A DNA stretch of 64,000 nt from Chloroflexota bacterium (GTDB lineage Bacteria; Chloroflexota; Dehalococcoidia; JACPQD01): NCBI GenBank assembly GCA_016190665.1, contig JACPQD010000091.1:27246-91245 (forward strand), given 5' to 3'. Of the stretch, positions 9,832 through 19,834 are shown one piece after another. Both the position numbers and the translations under genes were made by a program. Below the pieces are notes generated by a model. It was not told the origin of the DNA. It saw nothing but the letters and a program-made list of their open reading frames with translations, and did no database searches. Position 1 is the stretch's first letter, and every line of letters begins with the position of its first letter.

Positions 9832-10134
9832 GTGTGTAGGAACATCCGGACCCTGTATAACTTCGATCCTCCGTCGACCGCGGACGAGATCCGGGCGGCG
9901 GCCCTGCAGTTCGTGAGGAAGATCAGCGGATTCGCCACACCGTCCGTTGCCAACGAAGCGGCCTTCAATCGCGCGGTCGGCACAGTCGCACAGGCATCCG
10001 CTACCCTGCTCGCCTCCCTGGTGACCGCCTCTTCTCCCAGGAACCGTGAGGTCGAGGCCGCCAGGGCCCACGCTCGCGCCGTTCACAGATTCGGCTCGCA
10101 GCGGAGCGGGGGGGAGGCGGTGATCACAACCTGA
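9832..10134 (+). CDS. DUF2277 domain protein
   Basis: CRNIRTLYNFDPPSTADEIRAAALQFVRKISGF matches the DUF2277 N-terminus, which starts MCRNI. I therefore place the start at GTG 9832 rather than the ORF-track start 9823. Confidence 0.7.
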   Translation: MCRNIRTLYNFDPPSTADEIRAAALQFVRKISGFATPSVANEAAFNRAVGTVAQASATLLASLVTASSPRNREVEAARAHARAVHRFGSQRSGGEAVITT

Positions 10135-10209
10135 CCGCTGCCCCTCGACCTCGCCATTATCGGGCGCCTCGTATGGGGTCCACCAATAGGCAAGAAAGGA
10201 GAGGAAAAC

Positions 10210-10476
10210 ATGGCTACAAGACAGAGCAGTCCGACGAAAGAGCCGGCGAAGGATGCGGTTGTCATTACACGGACCATAGACGCTCCGCGTGAGGTCGTGT
10301 TCAAGGCGTGGACGGAGCCTGAGCGCGTGAAGCGCTGGTGGCGACCGAAAGACTTCACCTCGCCCGTCAACAAGATAGATCTCCGCGTGGGAGGCGAGTA
10401 TCTCAATTGCATGCGCTCGCCCGAGGGGAAAGACTATTGGAGCAAGGGCGTCCTTCGCATTGGGAACAATCGATGA
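10210..10476 (+). pseudogene. SRPBCC/AHSA1-like protein, 3-prime truncated
   Basis: VVITRTIDAPREVVFKAWTEPERVKRWWRPKDFTSP...GGEYLNCMRSPEGKDYWSKGV is the first ~85 aa of an Aha1/SRPBCC fold, which by my recollection is usually ~140-160 aa. The ORF stops abruptly at the junction with the convergent gene fragment. Confidence 0.6.
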
Positions 10477-10746
10477 CTCGGCCAGCAACTCAAGCCAGTA
10501 GGCGGTTTCATCGAGTTCCTTAAGACAGTCACCGATTTTGGCGATGAACTCGGGTTTCGACCTCGCCCGATTGGCCTCGCGGTAATTGGCTCCAACGGAT
10601 GTGCCAGAGCGCAGGACCTGTTTGCCTAACACTTGTGCTTCGGTCGACTTTGGCAAGGCGGAATACATCTGAATCACCCGTAACGCGAGTTCCTTCGTCC
10701 GAACGTCCAAGCCCTTCGGCTCTTGCTTCTTCTCTTCATCCCTCAT
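10471..10746 (-). pseudogene. Four-helix-bundle protein, only the N-terminal ~92 aa recognisable
   Basis: LALRVIQMYSALPKSTEAQVLGKQVLRSGTSVGANYREANRARSKPEFIAKIGDCLKELDETAYWLELLAES is four-helix-bundle-like. Beyond ~10471 the 406-aa ORF (9526..10746) runs antisense through other genes and loses similarity. Confidence 0.55.
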
Positions 10747-10762
10747 AATTCAACCTTCTTAG

Positions 10763-13700
10763 TTACGGCCTCACTGTAAACACCACCCCATCGTTGCGGC
10801 CCCAGACCTCGGGGAAGAAGGTTTCGTAGGCCCGCGCCGGCATCACCCTAAATTCGCCAGCCGTCGTCGCTCGCGCCAAGTACACATACTGGTGGACGCC
10901 CTTGGGCAGGAAGGTGGCGAAGAGCGCCACGCGGTTGTCCCTCATCTCCGCCCGCTCGAAGGGATTCACGTAGAACCATCGCCGCGTCTGCCGTGGCTGA
11001 AGCGCCTGTCTGAGCTGGGCCAGCAACTGGCGGTCCGCCTGGCTCGTGGTCTTGAGGGTCGTATCGATGGGTTCGAACCCGGCCGGAAGATAGTCCTCCA
11101 CCACGACGTAGTTCAAGTCCGTGGGCGCCACCACGGTCAGTCTCACCTGGACCAGATCGCCCGCCGTAGCACTGGTAATGGCATTCCCACCGGCGGCCGG
11201 CAGGTACTCGCGGCCTACGCCGATGCCTCTATTGATGGCCTCGACGTTGTCTCCGGGCGGGAAATACCTTAAGGTCTCCGTGTAGTAAAGGCGGCCGGGG
11301 GCATCGGCGGGGGAACGCGCCATTCCTATCCGGTTATCCTCATCAAAGTCTTTGATCTCCAGCGCCAGCCGCTCGGATTGCGTCAGAACGCTGGCATCGA
11401 CCTTCTTCTCCAGACGTACCTGGTCATTCACACGGACCTGGTAGCTGTATTCAGCTTTCAGTTCGCCGCTGACGCCCAGGTAGTCCGCAAGGGCCAGCAG
11501 GCTCCAAGCAGTCTCCTGGGTAGTGGCCCAATGGCCTTCACGACGGGCCACCATGAGCCAGCGCACGGTGCTCTCCACCAGAGGGTTGGTGGGGCTGACG
11601 CGAGAGAGCGCCAGGAGGACGATGGCCGTGGAGCGCGTCGAGCTGTTCATGGTGCGTCGGTCGCCTGGCGGGTCCTCCCAGTGGGTGCCCGTGCTGCTGG
11701 TGACGGCGCTGGTCGTCAGGTCGGACATCAGGGCCTTCAGATGGACGTCATCCTTGTTGGAAGTCAGGGCGAGAATAGCCAGGGCCAGCAGTCCCTTGCC
11801 GTCGTTGCCGAGCTTCGCTCTCTCCTGCGCCAGGGCATTGGTCAGGCCGAGATCGCCCTGTCCCGCCGCCGCCAGCGCATAGAGGACAAAGGCGCGCGTG
11901 TTGGGGTCCAGGGGGCGGGCCACGTCGCGGCCCAGTCCCAGGTAGCTGCGCAAGAAGTCCGTCCCCCGCCTCATGACGCTCTCGTCCACGGGGAAACCAT
12001 CCCGCTTCGCCTCGGCGAGCCCCGCGACGGCGTAAGCGGTGATCTCAGGGTTGCTGCTGACTTCACCGGGGAGGCCGCGAGTGAAGCCAAGATTGACAGG
12101 GGAAGAAGTCCAGGACCAGCCCCCGTCTAGAGCTTGGGCATTGTACAAACGTTGTAGCGAAGAGGTCACCAGACCGGGCAGCTTGTCCTTCAGTCCTTGC
12201 GTATCTGGCAATCCGAGCTGGTTGATGGCTTTCAGGAGCGCTATCCTGGGGAGAAGGCGACTCACCGTAATCGCCGTATCCTCATAGGGATACTCGTCAA
12301 CTTGCCGCAGGCTATAGTTCATCGCCGCGGCCAGCGACGGCGAGAGTTCCAGCGTCAACTCGCCCCGGTCCTTAGGGGCCCAGCCCGGCACCTGGACCCT
12401 TTCCGTCACCGGCTCTTCACCCACTCGCCCCGCGGTGGCCACCACCTCTGGCGTGGAATAGCTGTACACCGGGAGAGTCAGCTCAATGGCGTCGCTCGAG
12501 CTCTCAGACCTGGCCTCGAAGGTTACCACCGCCTTATCGCCAACGGGTACCTTCACTTCCCAAGCCGCCTTGCGCAGTTCGCCGGGTGGAATGCTCAGGA
12601 CCTGCGGCGATGGATCAGCCAGAGTCAGGCCTTGCGCCTTCAGCGTCACCTGAGCCTGCTGCGCCTGGTCGCTGAAGCTGTGGACAGCCGTCTCCAAGCG
12701 AACAGAGTCGCCAACAACGAAAAACCGCGGCGTCACCGGCCGGACGATAAGCGGCTTGCTGGTCACGATCTCATTACTAGCTTCGCCGACCCGGGTGGTC
12801 CGGTCTACCGCTTTAGCCGTCAAACGCCAGGTTGTTAGAGTGTCGGGCAGATCGACCGTAACCGTCGCTCGACCCTGGGCATCCGTGCGTAACGTAGGGT
12901 TCCAGTAGGCTGTGTCCGGAAACAGACGACGTGGATCTTCACCGGGCAGCCCGCCTCCGCCACTCCCCCCTTTTCCGCCCTCCCCTGGTGGGGGAACAGG
13001 CGTCACTTGCAGAAGGCGATCAATCAACAAAGCGTAGGCCGCCGCCGTCTGCACGCCGAGGCCCCTTCTGGCCCAGAAGGCCTGCAAGGGCTTAGGCGCG
13101 CGATCCTCGGCCAGGGTCAGGACCGACTTGTCAACCAGCGCCAGGGAAAGCTCCGCCGGCGCCGGCTGTCCCTTCGCATCCGAGGTAGCGATGGTATAAG
13201 TCTCCTTCTGGCGAGGCTCCGTCTTCCCCTTGTCCGGCCTGATCGAAATATTGATCACCTTCTCATCGCTGACCACCTTGAGCTCCGCATAGCCGAGGCG
13301 GAAGCTGGGAACAGGGTTATCCGCCGTGGCTCCTTTGAAAAGCGCCACAGACACATAAACATTGGGGATGTGGTCGCCGGTGATAGGCACGTCAATAGTA
13401 GTGCTATTGGTGGGGAAGCTCATGACCTCTCGGCTGGCGATGGTTCCGCGCTCCTCAGTAACCAGCCCCAGGCTGTCGTTGAAGGAGGCCGTAACCAGGA
13501 CCCTGGCCGTGTCCCCCGGGGCATACTGGTCCTTGTCGGGGCGAAGCTCGATCCGGTTGTCGTTGGTTACCCTCCAGTCGATGAACTCGGAGCTGCTGAC
13601 CCAGAGATAGGCCGCGCTGCGGATGGCATTCCCAGCGGAATCGCGGGCCTCCGCAACCAGTCGATAGGTGCCGCCCTTGGCGGGAGTGAAGGTCAGCGAC

Positions 13701-16700
13701 CCCTTGCCCTCGGCGCCGGTGGCCAGATCCACAGTCTCCTGCAAGGTATCCTGGGGCACGCTGCGCCAAAGGAAGGAGCCATCTTGCTGCCGCTCCCGCA
13801 CGCTGAGCCAGCGCCTTTGGTAGATGGAGACAGACATCGCGACATCGCCCACCGGTTTGCTCTTTGGGTCTACGGTGAGCAAGTTCACCGCCGCAGGCTC
13901 GCCAGCACGGACCAGATAGCTGGCGGGCCGCATCCCAATGTAAAAGTCTCCCTTATGCACAATTGCTTCCAGGCTGTTGGCCACCTGCTGGCGGTTAGCG
14001 TCTGTGACCGTCGCGTCGATGACGAAGACCTGGCTGATAACATCTGCGCCCACGTCCGCAGGCATGCTGAAGGACATACGCCCTTGAGCATCGGTCTTGC
14101 CCGTCTGCTGCCTCCGCACGCGGAAATCAGGCGGGCGTTGCTGTCCGTAAATCTGGTCGAGATCGTTGAAGCTGTAGTAAGGGGCCTCTGTCGAGCTGAA
14201 GAAGTAGGGGCGTGAAGTCACCTGCCAGCGGACATCGGCGTTAGCTACAGGCTGCCCGAAGAAGTAGCGCGCCTGTAGCTGAGCGGAGATGGCCTGGCCG
14301 TTGACGTACTCAGGCTGGTCCGACGCCAACGTGACCTCGAATTCCGGCTTGCGGTACTCCGCCACCTGGAAGGAGGCGGTGGTCACCGGAGGCACGAAGC
14401 GTCCCGGGAACGCCGGCCTCATCCGTCCATCCGGACCGTACTCCGGCGCCGAGTCCGCCTGCCATACCTGCATATTGTAGAAGCCGATAGCTGCCTCGGG
14501 ACTGAGGTCGAGCTTCCCATCAAGGCTGCCCATATCGTTCGGCTTCACGGTGCGTCGTTCCACCAGCCGTCCTCTGGCATCGGTGATGACGATGACGAAA
14601 GACACATCGGCTGGGGGCAGGGCATAGCGAGCGTCGTTATCCGAACGGACGATAGCCTTATAGAACACCGTCTGCCCGGGGCGGTAGATAGGGCGGTCGG
14701 TATAGGCGTAGCCCGAATAGACTTTGCGCGAGAAGCTGGCCGGAAGCTGGAAGTTGAAAGGCTGGAAGCCCTGAGCCCAGCGATTGGACGCAATGCTGGC
14801 ATCTCCCGGCCTCTCCGCCACCACATAGAGCCGCTCACTGAAACCGTCTGGCGGCCTCTCTGAATCGAACACCGCGACGCCATCGTTGTCGGTCCGGCCC
14901 GAGGTCCGTTTGCTGCCATCATTCTCGTACATGGTGAGCGCCAAGTCGGCCAGAGGCTGGCCGGAAGACATATCCACAGCCCACACCAGGACCTCCTTAT
15001 CCGACCGCTTGAGCATCAGGTGCGTCCTGGTGACCACCAGGGGCATCTGCTCGGGCGTGGGCCGGGAGACCTCCGGGCTGGTGGTCCGAAGCAAGTAGAA
15101 GCCGGGGCCGAGCGGCGTTCCCTCCCCCGTCACCAGCGCCACGTCCTGGACCGCCACCTCGTTCAGCGGAGGATTCGAGATGTCCACTGACCACCGGCGA
15201 ACTGGCGGCAGACCCGCCGGCGCCTGGTCTGGCCTGGCTTCTATCCTCATGAAGGTGTCCAGATCGAGGCCGAGAATCTCGAAGTCGATATGGGACACGT
15301 TGATGGCGCTTATGCGGGCTTTCAGGTCTCCAGAAGCGTCGAAGACTCCCGCGCTGCCGCTCCGCGCGATAGACAAAGACGGCCTGGCCGGCGCCGTCGT
15401 GTAGGTCAACGTAAAGGTCGGCAAAGGCTGGCCGTAGCGGTCTCCAGCCCCAGCGCCGATACTCAGCGTGTAGCCCATGGAGGGTTTCGTCGGGAAATTG
15501 ACGCGCAGTCTCCGGTCCTCGGGCTGGATGCGCGCCGTCCGGTCTAGTGGCCCTCTTGGAACGGTAGACATCCAGAAGAACCGCAGGTCACCCTCGTCCG
15601 GCTTGGGGGAGACGGAAATAGCCTTCTCTACAGACTCGGTATCCATGGGATTGCTGAAGGTGATCTCGGCGCCGAACTGGGTGGCGGCCGTTTCGCCCTG
15701 TCTCGGGTTCGTGGCCTCAATCCCGGGCAGGCCCACCGTCGTGAAGCTCCAGCGGCTGTCATCGGCGATGGCGGCCTCCGGTTTGCCTGAGGCCGCCGCT
15801 CCCTTCGCCAGGCGCACTTCGTACTTGCTGGACAGGGACAGTATCCGGTCCGGAATGAAGACCTGCGTGCGGTCATCGGGCCAGCCGAAAGTGCCCAGGA
15901 CAGGCGCTCCATCGGGTCCCACCAGGGAAAAGCGGGCTTCCGCCGACGCCCTGTCCATAGGCTGGTTGAAGACCACCTTCACCTGGGTGCCCGGATCTAC
16001 AAAAAGGCTGGCGTCAGCCGGGGAACGATCGGAGATAGCGGGAGACACCGTGCTGAAGCTGAAGCTGTAATCGACCTCCAGGGAGCCCCCCAGGGCGTCG
16101 GTCAGCGACCTTGGAACGGTGACAGTGTACCGCGTGGAGGGGGCCAGTCCGTCTGCGGGGCGGAAGACGTAGCTGGTCGAAGTGAGCCACTTGCCTTCAC
16201 CGGCCAGGGGCGGATCGAAGCGAAGCACTTCCCCCCTCGCCGGCTGCTGGAGCAGCGTGAGGGGCGCCACCGGACGGTTGAACTCCACGACTACATGGGC
16301 GTCCGTGCCCACTTCTGTGCTGTCGGGAGCGGGAATGGCGCTGGCAACCTTCAGCTTGCCCTCGGTAGTAAAATTGAAGGCTATGGCCTCCAGTAACCCG
16401 GCCGGCTCGGGGGCGAATCCTACGCTGTAGGTGACGCCCCGGGCATAGCCCGGCCAGCGCGGTTGGAAGACAAGAACCCTGCCGTCCTCCTTCGTTTTCC
16501 ACGCTATGTCGCCGTCCACGGCCGGAGAGAGGGTGAGCGCGCGCTGGATCCTGGCCTGGTCAGGCTGCCCCTTGAAGGCGACCGTCACGGGCGTCATGCG
16601 GCCGACCTCTTCACCCTTGGGCCCTTCTTCCACCACTTCCGGCGGCGCCGCTGGCGGCCGGCTTACCCAGAGAAAAAGACCACCCAGTAACAGCAGCGCC

Positions 16701-16786
16701 AGGGCCGCTGGCGCCAACCAGATCCAGGGCGCCCGCCACATGGAACCTGGACGCTTTAGCCACATGAACAGACCAGATGGGCTCAA
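10763..16786 (-). CDS. Bacterial alpha-2-macroglobulin family protein (MG domains), N-terminal TM anchor, no thioester motif
   Basis: 2007 aa. The N-terminal hydrophobic helix is WIWLAPAALALLLLGGLFLWV. A2M hallmarks are present (..DTAYWNPTLRTDAQGRATV..LPDTLTTWRL.., ..HWATTQETAWSLLAL..). It lies immediately downstream of a PBP1C-type gene. Confidence 0.9.
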   Translation of the reverse strand: MSPSGLFMWLKRPGSMWRAPWIWLAPAALALLLLGGLFLWVSRPPAAPPEVVEEGPKGEEVGRMTPVTVAFKGQPDQARIQRALTLSPAVDGDIAWKTKEDGRVLVFQPRWPGYARGVTYSVGFAPEPAGLLEAIAFNFTTEGKLKVASAIPAPDSTEVGTDAHVVVEFNRPVAPLTLLQQPARGEVLRFDPPLAGEGKWLTSTSYVFRPADGLAPSTRYTVTVPRSLTDALGGSLEVDYSFSFSTVSPAISDRSPADASLFVDPGTQVKVVFNQPMDRASAEARFSLVGPDGAPVLGTFGWPDDRTQVFIPDRILSLSSKYEVRLAKGAAASGKPEAAIADDSRWSFTTVGLPGIEATNPRQGETAATQFGAEITFSNPMDTESVEKAISVSPKPDEGDLRFFWMSTVPRGPLDRTARIQPEDRRLRVNFPTKPSMGYTLSIGAGAGDRYGQPLPTFTLTYTTAPARPSLSIARSGSAGVFDASGDLKARISAINVSHIDFEILGLDLDTFMRIEARPDQAPAGLPPVRRWSVDISNPPLNEVAVQDVALVTGEGTPLGPGFYLLRTTSPEVSRPTPEQMPLVVTRTHLMLKRSDKEVLVWAVDMSSGQPLADLALTMYENDGSKRTSGRTDNDGVAVFDSERPPDGFSERLYVVAERPGDASIASNRWAQGFQPFNFQLPASFSRKVYSGYAYTDRPIYRPGQTVFYKAIVRSDNDARYALPPADVSFVIVITDARGRLVERRTVKPNDMGSLDGKLDLSPEAAIGFYNMQVWQADSAPEYGPDGRMRPAFPGRFVPPVTTASFQVAEYRKPEFEVTLASDQPEYVNGQAISAQLQARYFFGQPVANADVRWQVTSRPYFFSSTEAPYYSFNDLDQIYGQQRPPDFRVRRQQTGKTDAQGRMSFSMPADVGADVISQVFVIDATVTDANRQQVANSLEAIVHKGDFYIGMRPASYLVRAGEPAAVNLLTVDPKSKPVGDVAMSVSIYQRRWLSVRERQQDGSFLWRSVPQDTLQETVDLATGAEGKGSLTFTPAKGGTYRLVAEARDSAGNAIRSAAYLWVSSSEFIDWRVTNDNRIELRPDKDQYAPGDTARVLVTASFNDSLGLVTEERGTIASREVMSFPTNSTTIDVPITGDHIPNVYVSVALFKGATADNPVPSFRLGYAELKVVSDEKVINISIRPDKGKTEPRQKETYTIATSDAKGQPAPAELSLALVDKSVLTLAEDRAPKPLQAFWARRGLGVQTAAAYALLIDRLLQVTPVPPPGEGGKGGSGGGGLPGEDPRRLFPDTAYWNPTLRTDAQGRATVTVDLPDTLTTWRLTAKAVDRTTRVGEASNEIVTSKPLIVRPVTPRFFVVGDSVRLETAVHSFSDQAQQAQVTLKAQGLTLADPSPQVLSIPPGELRKAAWEVKVPVGDKAVVTFEARSESSSDAIELTLPVYSYSTPEVVATAGRVGEEPVTERVQVPGWAPKDRGELTLELSPSLAAAMNYSLRQVDEYPYEDTAITVSRLLPRIALLKAINQLGLPDTQGLKDKLPGLVTSSLQRLYNAQALDGGWSWTSSPVNLGFTRGLPGEVSSNPEITAYAVAGLAEAKRDGFPVDESVMRRGTDFLRSYLGLGRDVARPLDPNTRAFVLYALAAAGQGDLGLTNALAQERAKLGNDGKGLLALAILALTSNKDDVHLKALMSDLTTSAVTSSTGTHWEDPPGDRRTMNSSTRSTAIVLLALSRVSPTNPLVESTVRWLMVARREGHWATTQETAWSLLALADYLGVSGELKAEYSYQVRVNDQVRLEKKVDASVLTQSERLALEIKDFDEDNRIGMARSPADAPGRLYYTETLRYFPPGDNVEAINRGIGVGREYLPAAGGNAITSATAGDLVQVRLTVVAPTDLNYVVVEDYLPAGFEPIDTTLKTTSQADRQLLAQLRQALQPRQTRRWFYVNPFERAEMRDNRVALFATFLPKGVHQYVYLARATTAGEFRVMPARAYETFFPEVWGRNDGVVFTVRP

Positions 16787-16804
16787 TTCACGTTCCCCCG
16801 TATA

Positions 16805-19237
16805 TCAACGCATCACCATCACGCGCACCACTTTGCTCTCCACCCTGCGCCCCGTCCTATCGTAGGCCACCGCGCGGAAACGGTGCTCCCCCGGCGAGAG
16901 GCGCCAAGCGGCGCTGAAGGGGGCTTCTCGCCGCACGGCCAACAGGTCGCCGTCCGCGTATATCTCTATCCTCTCCGGGTCGCCCCCAGCCACCGCCTCC
17001 ACGATCACCCGCTGAGAATCGAGCGGTATCTCTCGGCTGACCGCCAGTTGCATCTCCGGGCCAGGGCTGACCAGTGATACCCAGAAGCCGACATCGGCGC
17101 GATCATTATGGTCTACGGCTGCGCTGTACTCGACCAGCGGCGGCAGCGGGAGGCCGGCGGCCCTGGCCCAGGGAATAGCCTCTTCGGGCACGAAGGTGTA
17201 AACCCTCTCCGGGTCTCGCGGGGCCGTCCCGCCATCGCGGACGGGCAACGGCCGGTAGTAGGTCTCTGTGCCGGCAGGCTCCGTGCCTGCGATGAAGAGC
17301 TCCATGCGCCTCTCCGGGCACCAGTCGCCCGGCTTGAGCCCGGTAGGCTCACAGATCTCCGCCTCTACCAGGCCCGGCGGCCGGGCGAATTCCTTCGGAG
17401 CATTCGTCTTGAGTACTTCCTCCATGAAGTCATGCCACAGGGGCGCGGCGCCGCTTATCCCCGATACCTGGCGCATGGCGCTGTTGTCTGCATTTCCCAT
17501 CCAGACGCCCACCGCGATATCGGGCGTATAGCCCACGGTCCAGTTATCGCGGAAATCGCCGGTGGTGCCCGTCTTGCCGGAGGCCGGGCGGCTCAAGCGC
17601 AGGGGACTGTTCAGACCGAAAGCAGGAGCGCGGGCGTTGTTGTCCGCCAGCATATCGGTGATGAGATAGGCGACCTGCGGGCTAACTACTCGGCGGCCCG
17701 GCCCTCCCTGCCAGCGATGGAGCGTGCGGCCTTGGGCATCTTCCACGCGCAAGACGGGACTGCTTTCCCTCCTTTCGCCACCAGCGGCGAAGGCCGCGTA
17801 AGCGCCCGTCAGTTCCAGCAGAGACACTTCGCCGCCCCCAAGGGTTACGCTCAAATCGTAGCGATCCGCGTCGCCCAGTGTAGTGATTCCCAGATCCGAA
17901 GCCAGCCTCAAGAACGCATCCACGCCGACATCCTGCATCACCCGTACCGCGGGCACATTGAAGGAGGACCCCAGCGCGTAGCGCAAGGATACCGGGCCGC
18001 GGAAGATGGCGTCATAGTTGTTCGGGACATAAGGCTGGTTGCGCCTGGTAAGAAGAGTGGTAGGCACATCCAGGAGAGGCGTGGCTGCGGAATATCCCTT
18101 GCTCAGAGCCAGGGCATAGGTGATGGGCTTCACGGCCGACCCCGGCTGCCGAGGAGCGGTGGCCATATTGACTGCCCCATCGATGGACGCGTCGAAATAA
18201 TCGGGACTGCCCACCATAGCCAGCACTTGGCCCGTGGCGACGTCTAAAGCCACCAGAGCGGCATTTGAGGCGTCGTTCTCCCTCAGGTTCGAAAGGTGCC
18301 GCACGAGCATGTTCTCAGCCGTTATCTGCATATCCAGGTCCAGCGTCGTGTAGACGCGAAGGCCGCCTTGGGCCATAGCCTCGGACCCCAGCTTCTCCTC
18401 CAACCATTGCCGCACGTAGGCCACGAAATGGGGCGCCCGGATGGGAAAGGGGGCCTTGCCTAGCTGCACCGGCTCTTCCCGAGCTGCTTTCGCCTCCACC
18501 TCATCGATGTAGCCTGCCTTCTTCATGAGCGAGAGAACGGTGGCCTGGCGCTCCTTCGCCGCCTCCAAGTGGCTGAATAGGTCGTAGCGGCTGGGAGCCT
18601 GAGGAAGCCCGGCCAGAAGGGACGCCTCGGCGAGGTCAAGGTCCTGCGCCGATTTACCGAAATAGGTCCTGGCGGCCGCCTCTACCCCGTAGGCCAGATT
18701 GCCATAGTAGACGCGGTTCAGGTACAGCTCCAGAATCCTGTCTTTTTCGAGCTCCCGAGCCAGACGGAAGGCCAGCACTGTTTCCCGAAGCTTCCGCAGC
18801 AGACTTCTGGAGGAGCGCTCCTGAGGCGTGAAGTACAGGCTGCGAACGAGCTGCTGCGTAATGGTGCTGCCCCCGCTGACCACCTCTCCACCGCGAAGGT
18901 TCTGGAGCAGCGCCCGGCCCAGGGCGAACACATCCACCCCTGGATTCTGGTAGAAGGAAGAGTCCTCGGTGGCAATCGTGGCCTGCTTCAGAAAAGACGA
19001 GATATCGGACAGGGCGAGGCCCGTATGGCTGCCCTCATCGGAAACGGGGACCTCGTACAGAAGACGGCCATTGCGGTCGAAGACCTTGGCGCTCTCCAGC
19101 GAGGGCGCCGCCTCTGGTAACCCGGCGCTCGCAAATAAGAAGAACGTCGCGCCCAGCAACAGGATGCCCACAGCGATAAAGCCAGCTTTCAGCGCCAAAC
19201 GCATACTTATACTATCGGAATCCGGTCTTCCCCACAT
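16805..19237 (-). CDS. pbpC: Bifunctional class A penicillin-binding protein, PBP1C-like (GT51 transglycosylase + transpeptidase + C-terminal PBP1C-type domain)
   Basis: 810 aa. GT51 motifs are ATIATEDSSFYQNPGVD and RKLRETVLAFRLARE. The transpeptidase SxxK is PGSAVKP. A TM anchor sits at the N-terminus. It is in an operon with the alpha-2-macroglobulin gene (18-nt gap). Confidence 0.88.
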   Translation of the reverse strand: MWGRPDSDSISMRLALKAGFIAVGILLLGATFFLFASAGLPEAAPSLESAKVFDRNGRLLYEVPVSDEGSHTGLALSDISSFLKQATIATEDSSFYQNPGVDVFALGRALLQNLRGGEVVSGGSTITQQLVRSLYFTPQERSSRSLLRKLRETVLAFRLARELEKDRILELYLNRVYYGNLAYGVEAAARTYFGKSAQDLDLAEASLLAGLPQAPSRYDLFSHLEAAKERQATVLSLMKKAGYIDEVEAKAAREEPVQLGKAPFPIRAPHFVAYVRQWLEEKLGSEAMAQGGLRVYTTLDLDMQITAENMLVRHLSNLRENDASNAALVALDVATGQVLAMVGSPDYFDASIDGAVNMATAPRQPGSAVKPITYALALSKGYSAATPLLDVPTTLLTRRNQPYVPNNYDAIFRGPVSLRYALGSSFNVPAVRVMQDVGVDAFLRLASDLGITTLGDADRYDLSVTLGGGEVSLLELTGAYAAFAAGGERRESSPVLRVEDAQGRTLHRWQGGPGRRVVSPQVAYLITDMLADNNARAPAFGLNSPLRLSRPASGKTGTTGDFRDNWTVGYTPDIAVGVWMGNADNSAMRQVSGISGAAPLWHDFMEEVLKTNAPKEFARPPGLVEAEICEPTGLKPGDWCPERRMELFIAGTEPAGTETYYRPLPVRDGGTAPRDPERVYTFVPEEAIPWARAAGLPLPPLVEYSAAVDHNDRADVGFWVSLVSPGPEMQLAVSREIPLDSQRVIVEAVAGGDPERIEIYADGDLLAVRREAPFSAAWRLSPGEHRFRAVAYDRTGRRVESKVVRVMVMR

Positions 19238-19297
19238 CCTCTCCCGCCTCCTGGTTTGGACTACTTAGCAGTAAGAGATAGGGTCTGAACTCAGACC

Positions 19298-19744
19298 TCA
19301 ACTTGTCTCCACCGTCGCCTCCACGCTGAGAGCTACATTCCCTTTCAGGGCCTGGGAGACGGGGCAGCCGTCCTTGGCCGCCTCAGCGGCTACTCGGAAA
19401 CCCTCGGCATCAAGTCCGGGCACCCAGCCTCTCACCTTCAGCGCGCTCGAGACAACGCGCCAGTTGCCATCGACCCTGTCGAAGGTGACGGCGGCGCTAA
19501 CCTCCAGCTTCCTGGGCGCCTTCCCTTCCTGGCTCAGCCCATGCGCCAGAGCCATAGAGTAACAACTGGCGTGGGCTGCGGCGATGAGCTCCTCCGGGCT
19601 GGTGCGCCCATCTGGGGACTCCGTCCGCGAGGCCCAGGTCACGGGCAATTTCTGGAACGCCTGGCTTGAGCTGGCGGTTACCACGCCGGAGCCGGAGACA
19701 AGGCCACCTTCCCAACTGACATCCGCACGTCTGACTGCAGCCAT
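19298..19744 (-). CDS. osmC: OsmC-family peroxiredoxin
   Basis: ..SPEELIAAAHASCYSMALAHGL.. is the OsmC signature. The start is placed at ATG 19744, which has ggagg 6 nt upstream (the ORF track starts at 19777). Confidence 0.85.
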   Translation of the reverse strand: MAAVRRADVSWEGGLVSGSGVVTASSSQAFQKLPVTWASRTESPDGRTSPEELIAAAHASCYSMALAHGLSQEGKAPRKLEVSAAVTFDRVDGNWRVVSSALKVRGWVPGLDAEGFRVAAEAAKDGCPVSQALKGNVALSVEATVETS

Positions 19745-19834
19745 AGGACACCTCCGTAGCGATATGAAAAGTACCAATCCATCATGCTGGTCGACACCAG
19801 CACCGCCAAGGATAGAAATGGCTTTCTTTGACCT

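Noticed and set aside
6854-10746. Four-helix-bundle (Avd-like) genes as markers of a diversity-generating retroelement
   Set aside because: No reverse transcriptase ORF and no template/variable repeat pair with adenine-specific mismatches is visible nearby. These look like the common stand-alone 23S-IVS-type four-helix-bundle proteins.
9526-10746. 406-aa minus-strand ORF as a genuine large protein
   Set aside because: Only the first ~92 aa resemble a known fold (four-helix bundle). The rest runs antisense through the SRPBCC, DUF2277 and VOC genes and is Arg/Pro/Gly-rich, typical of spurious antisense ORFs in high-GC DNA.
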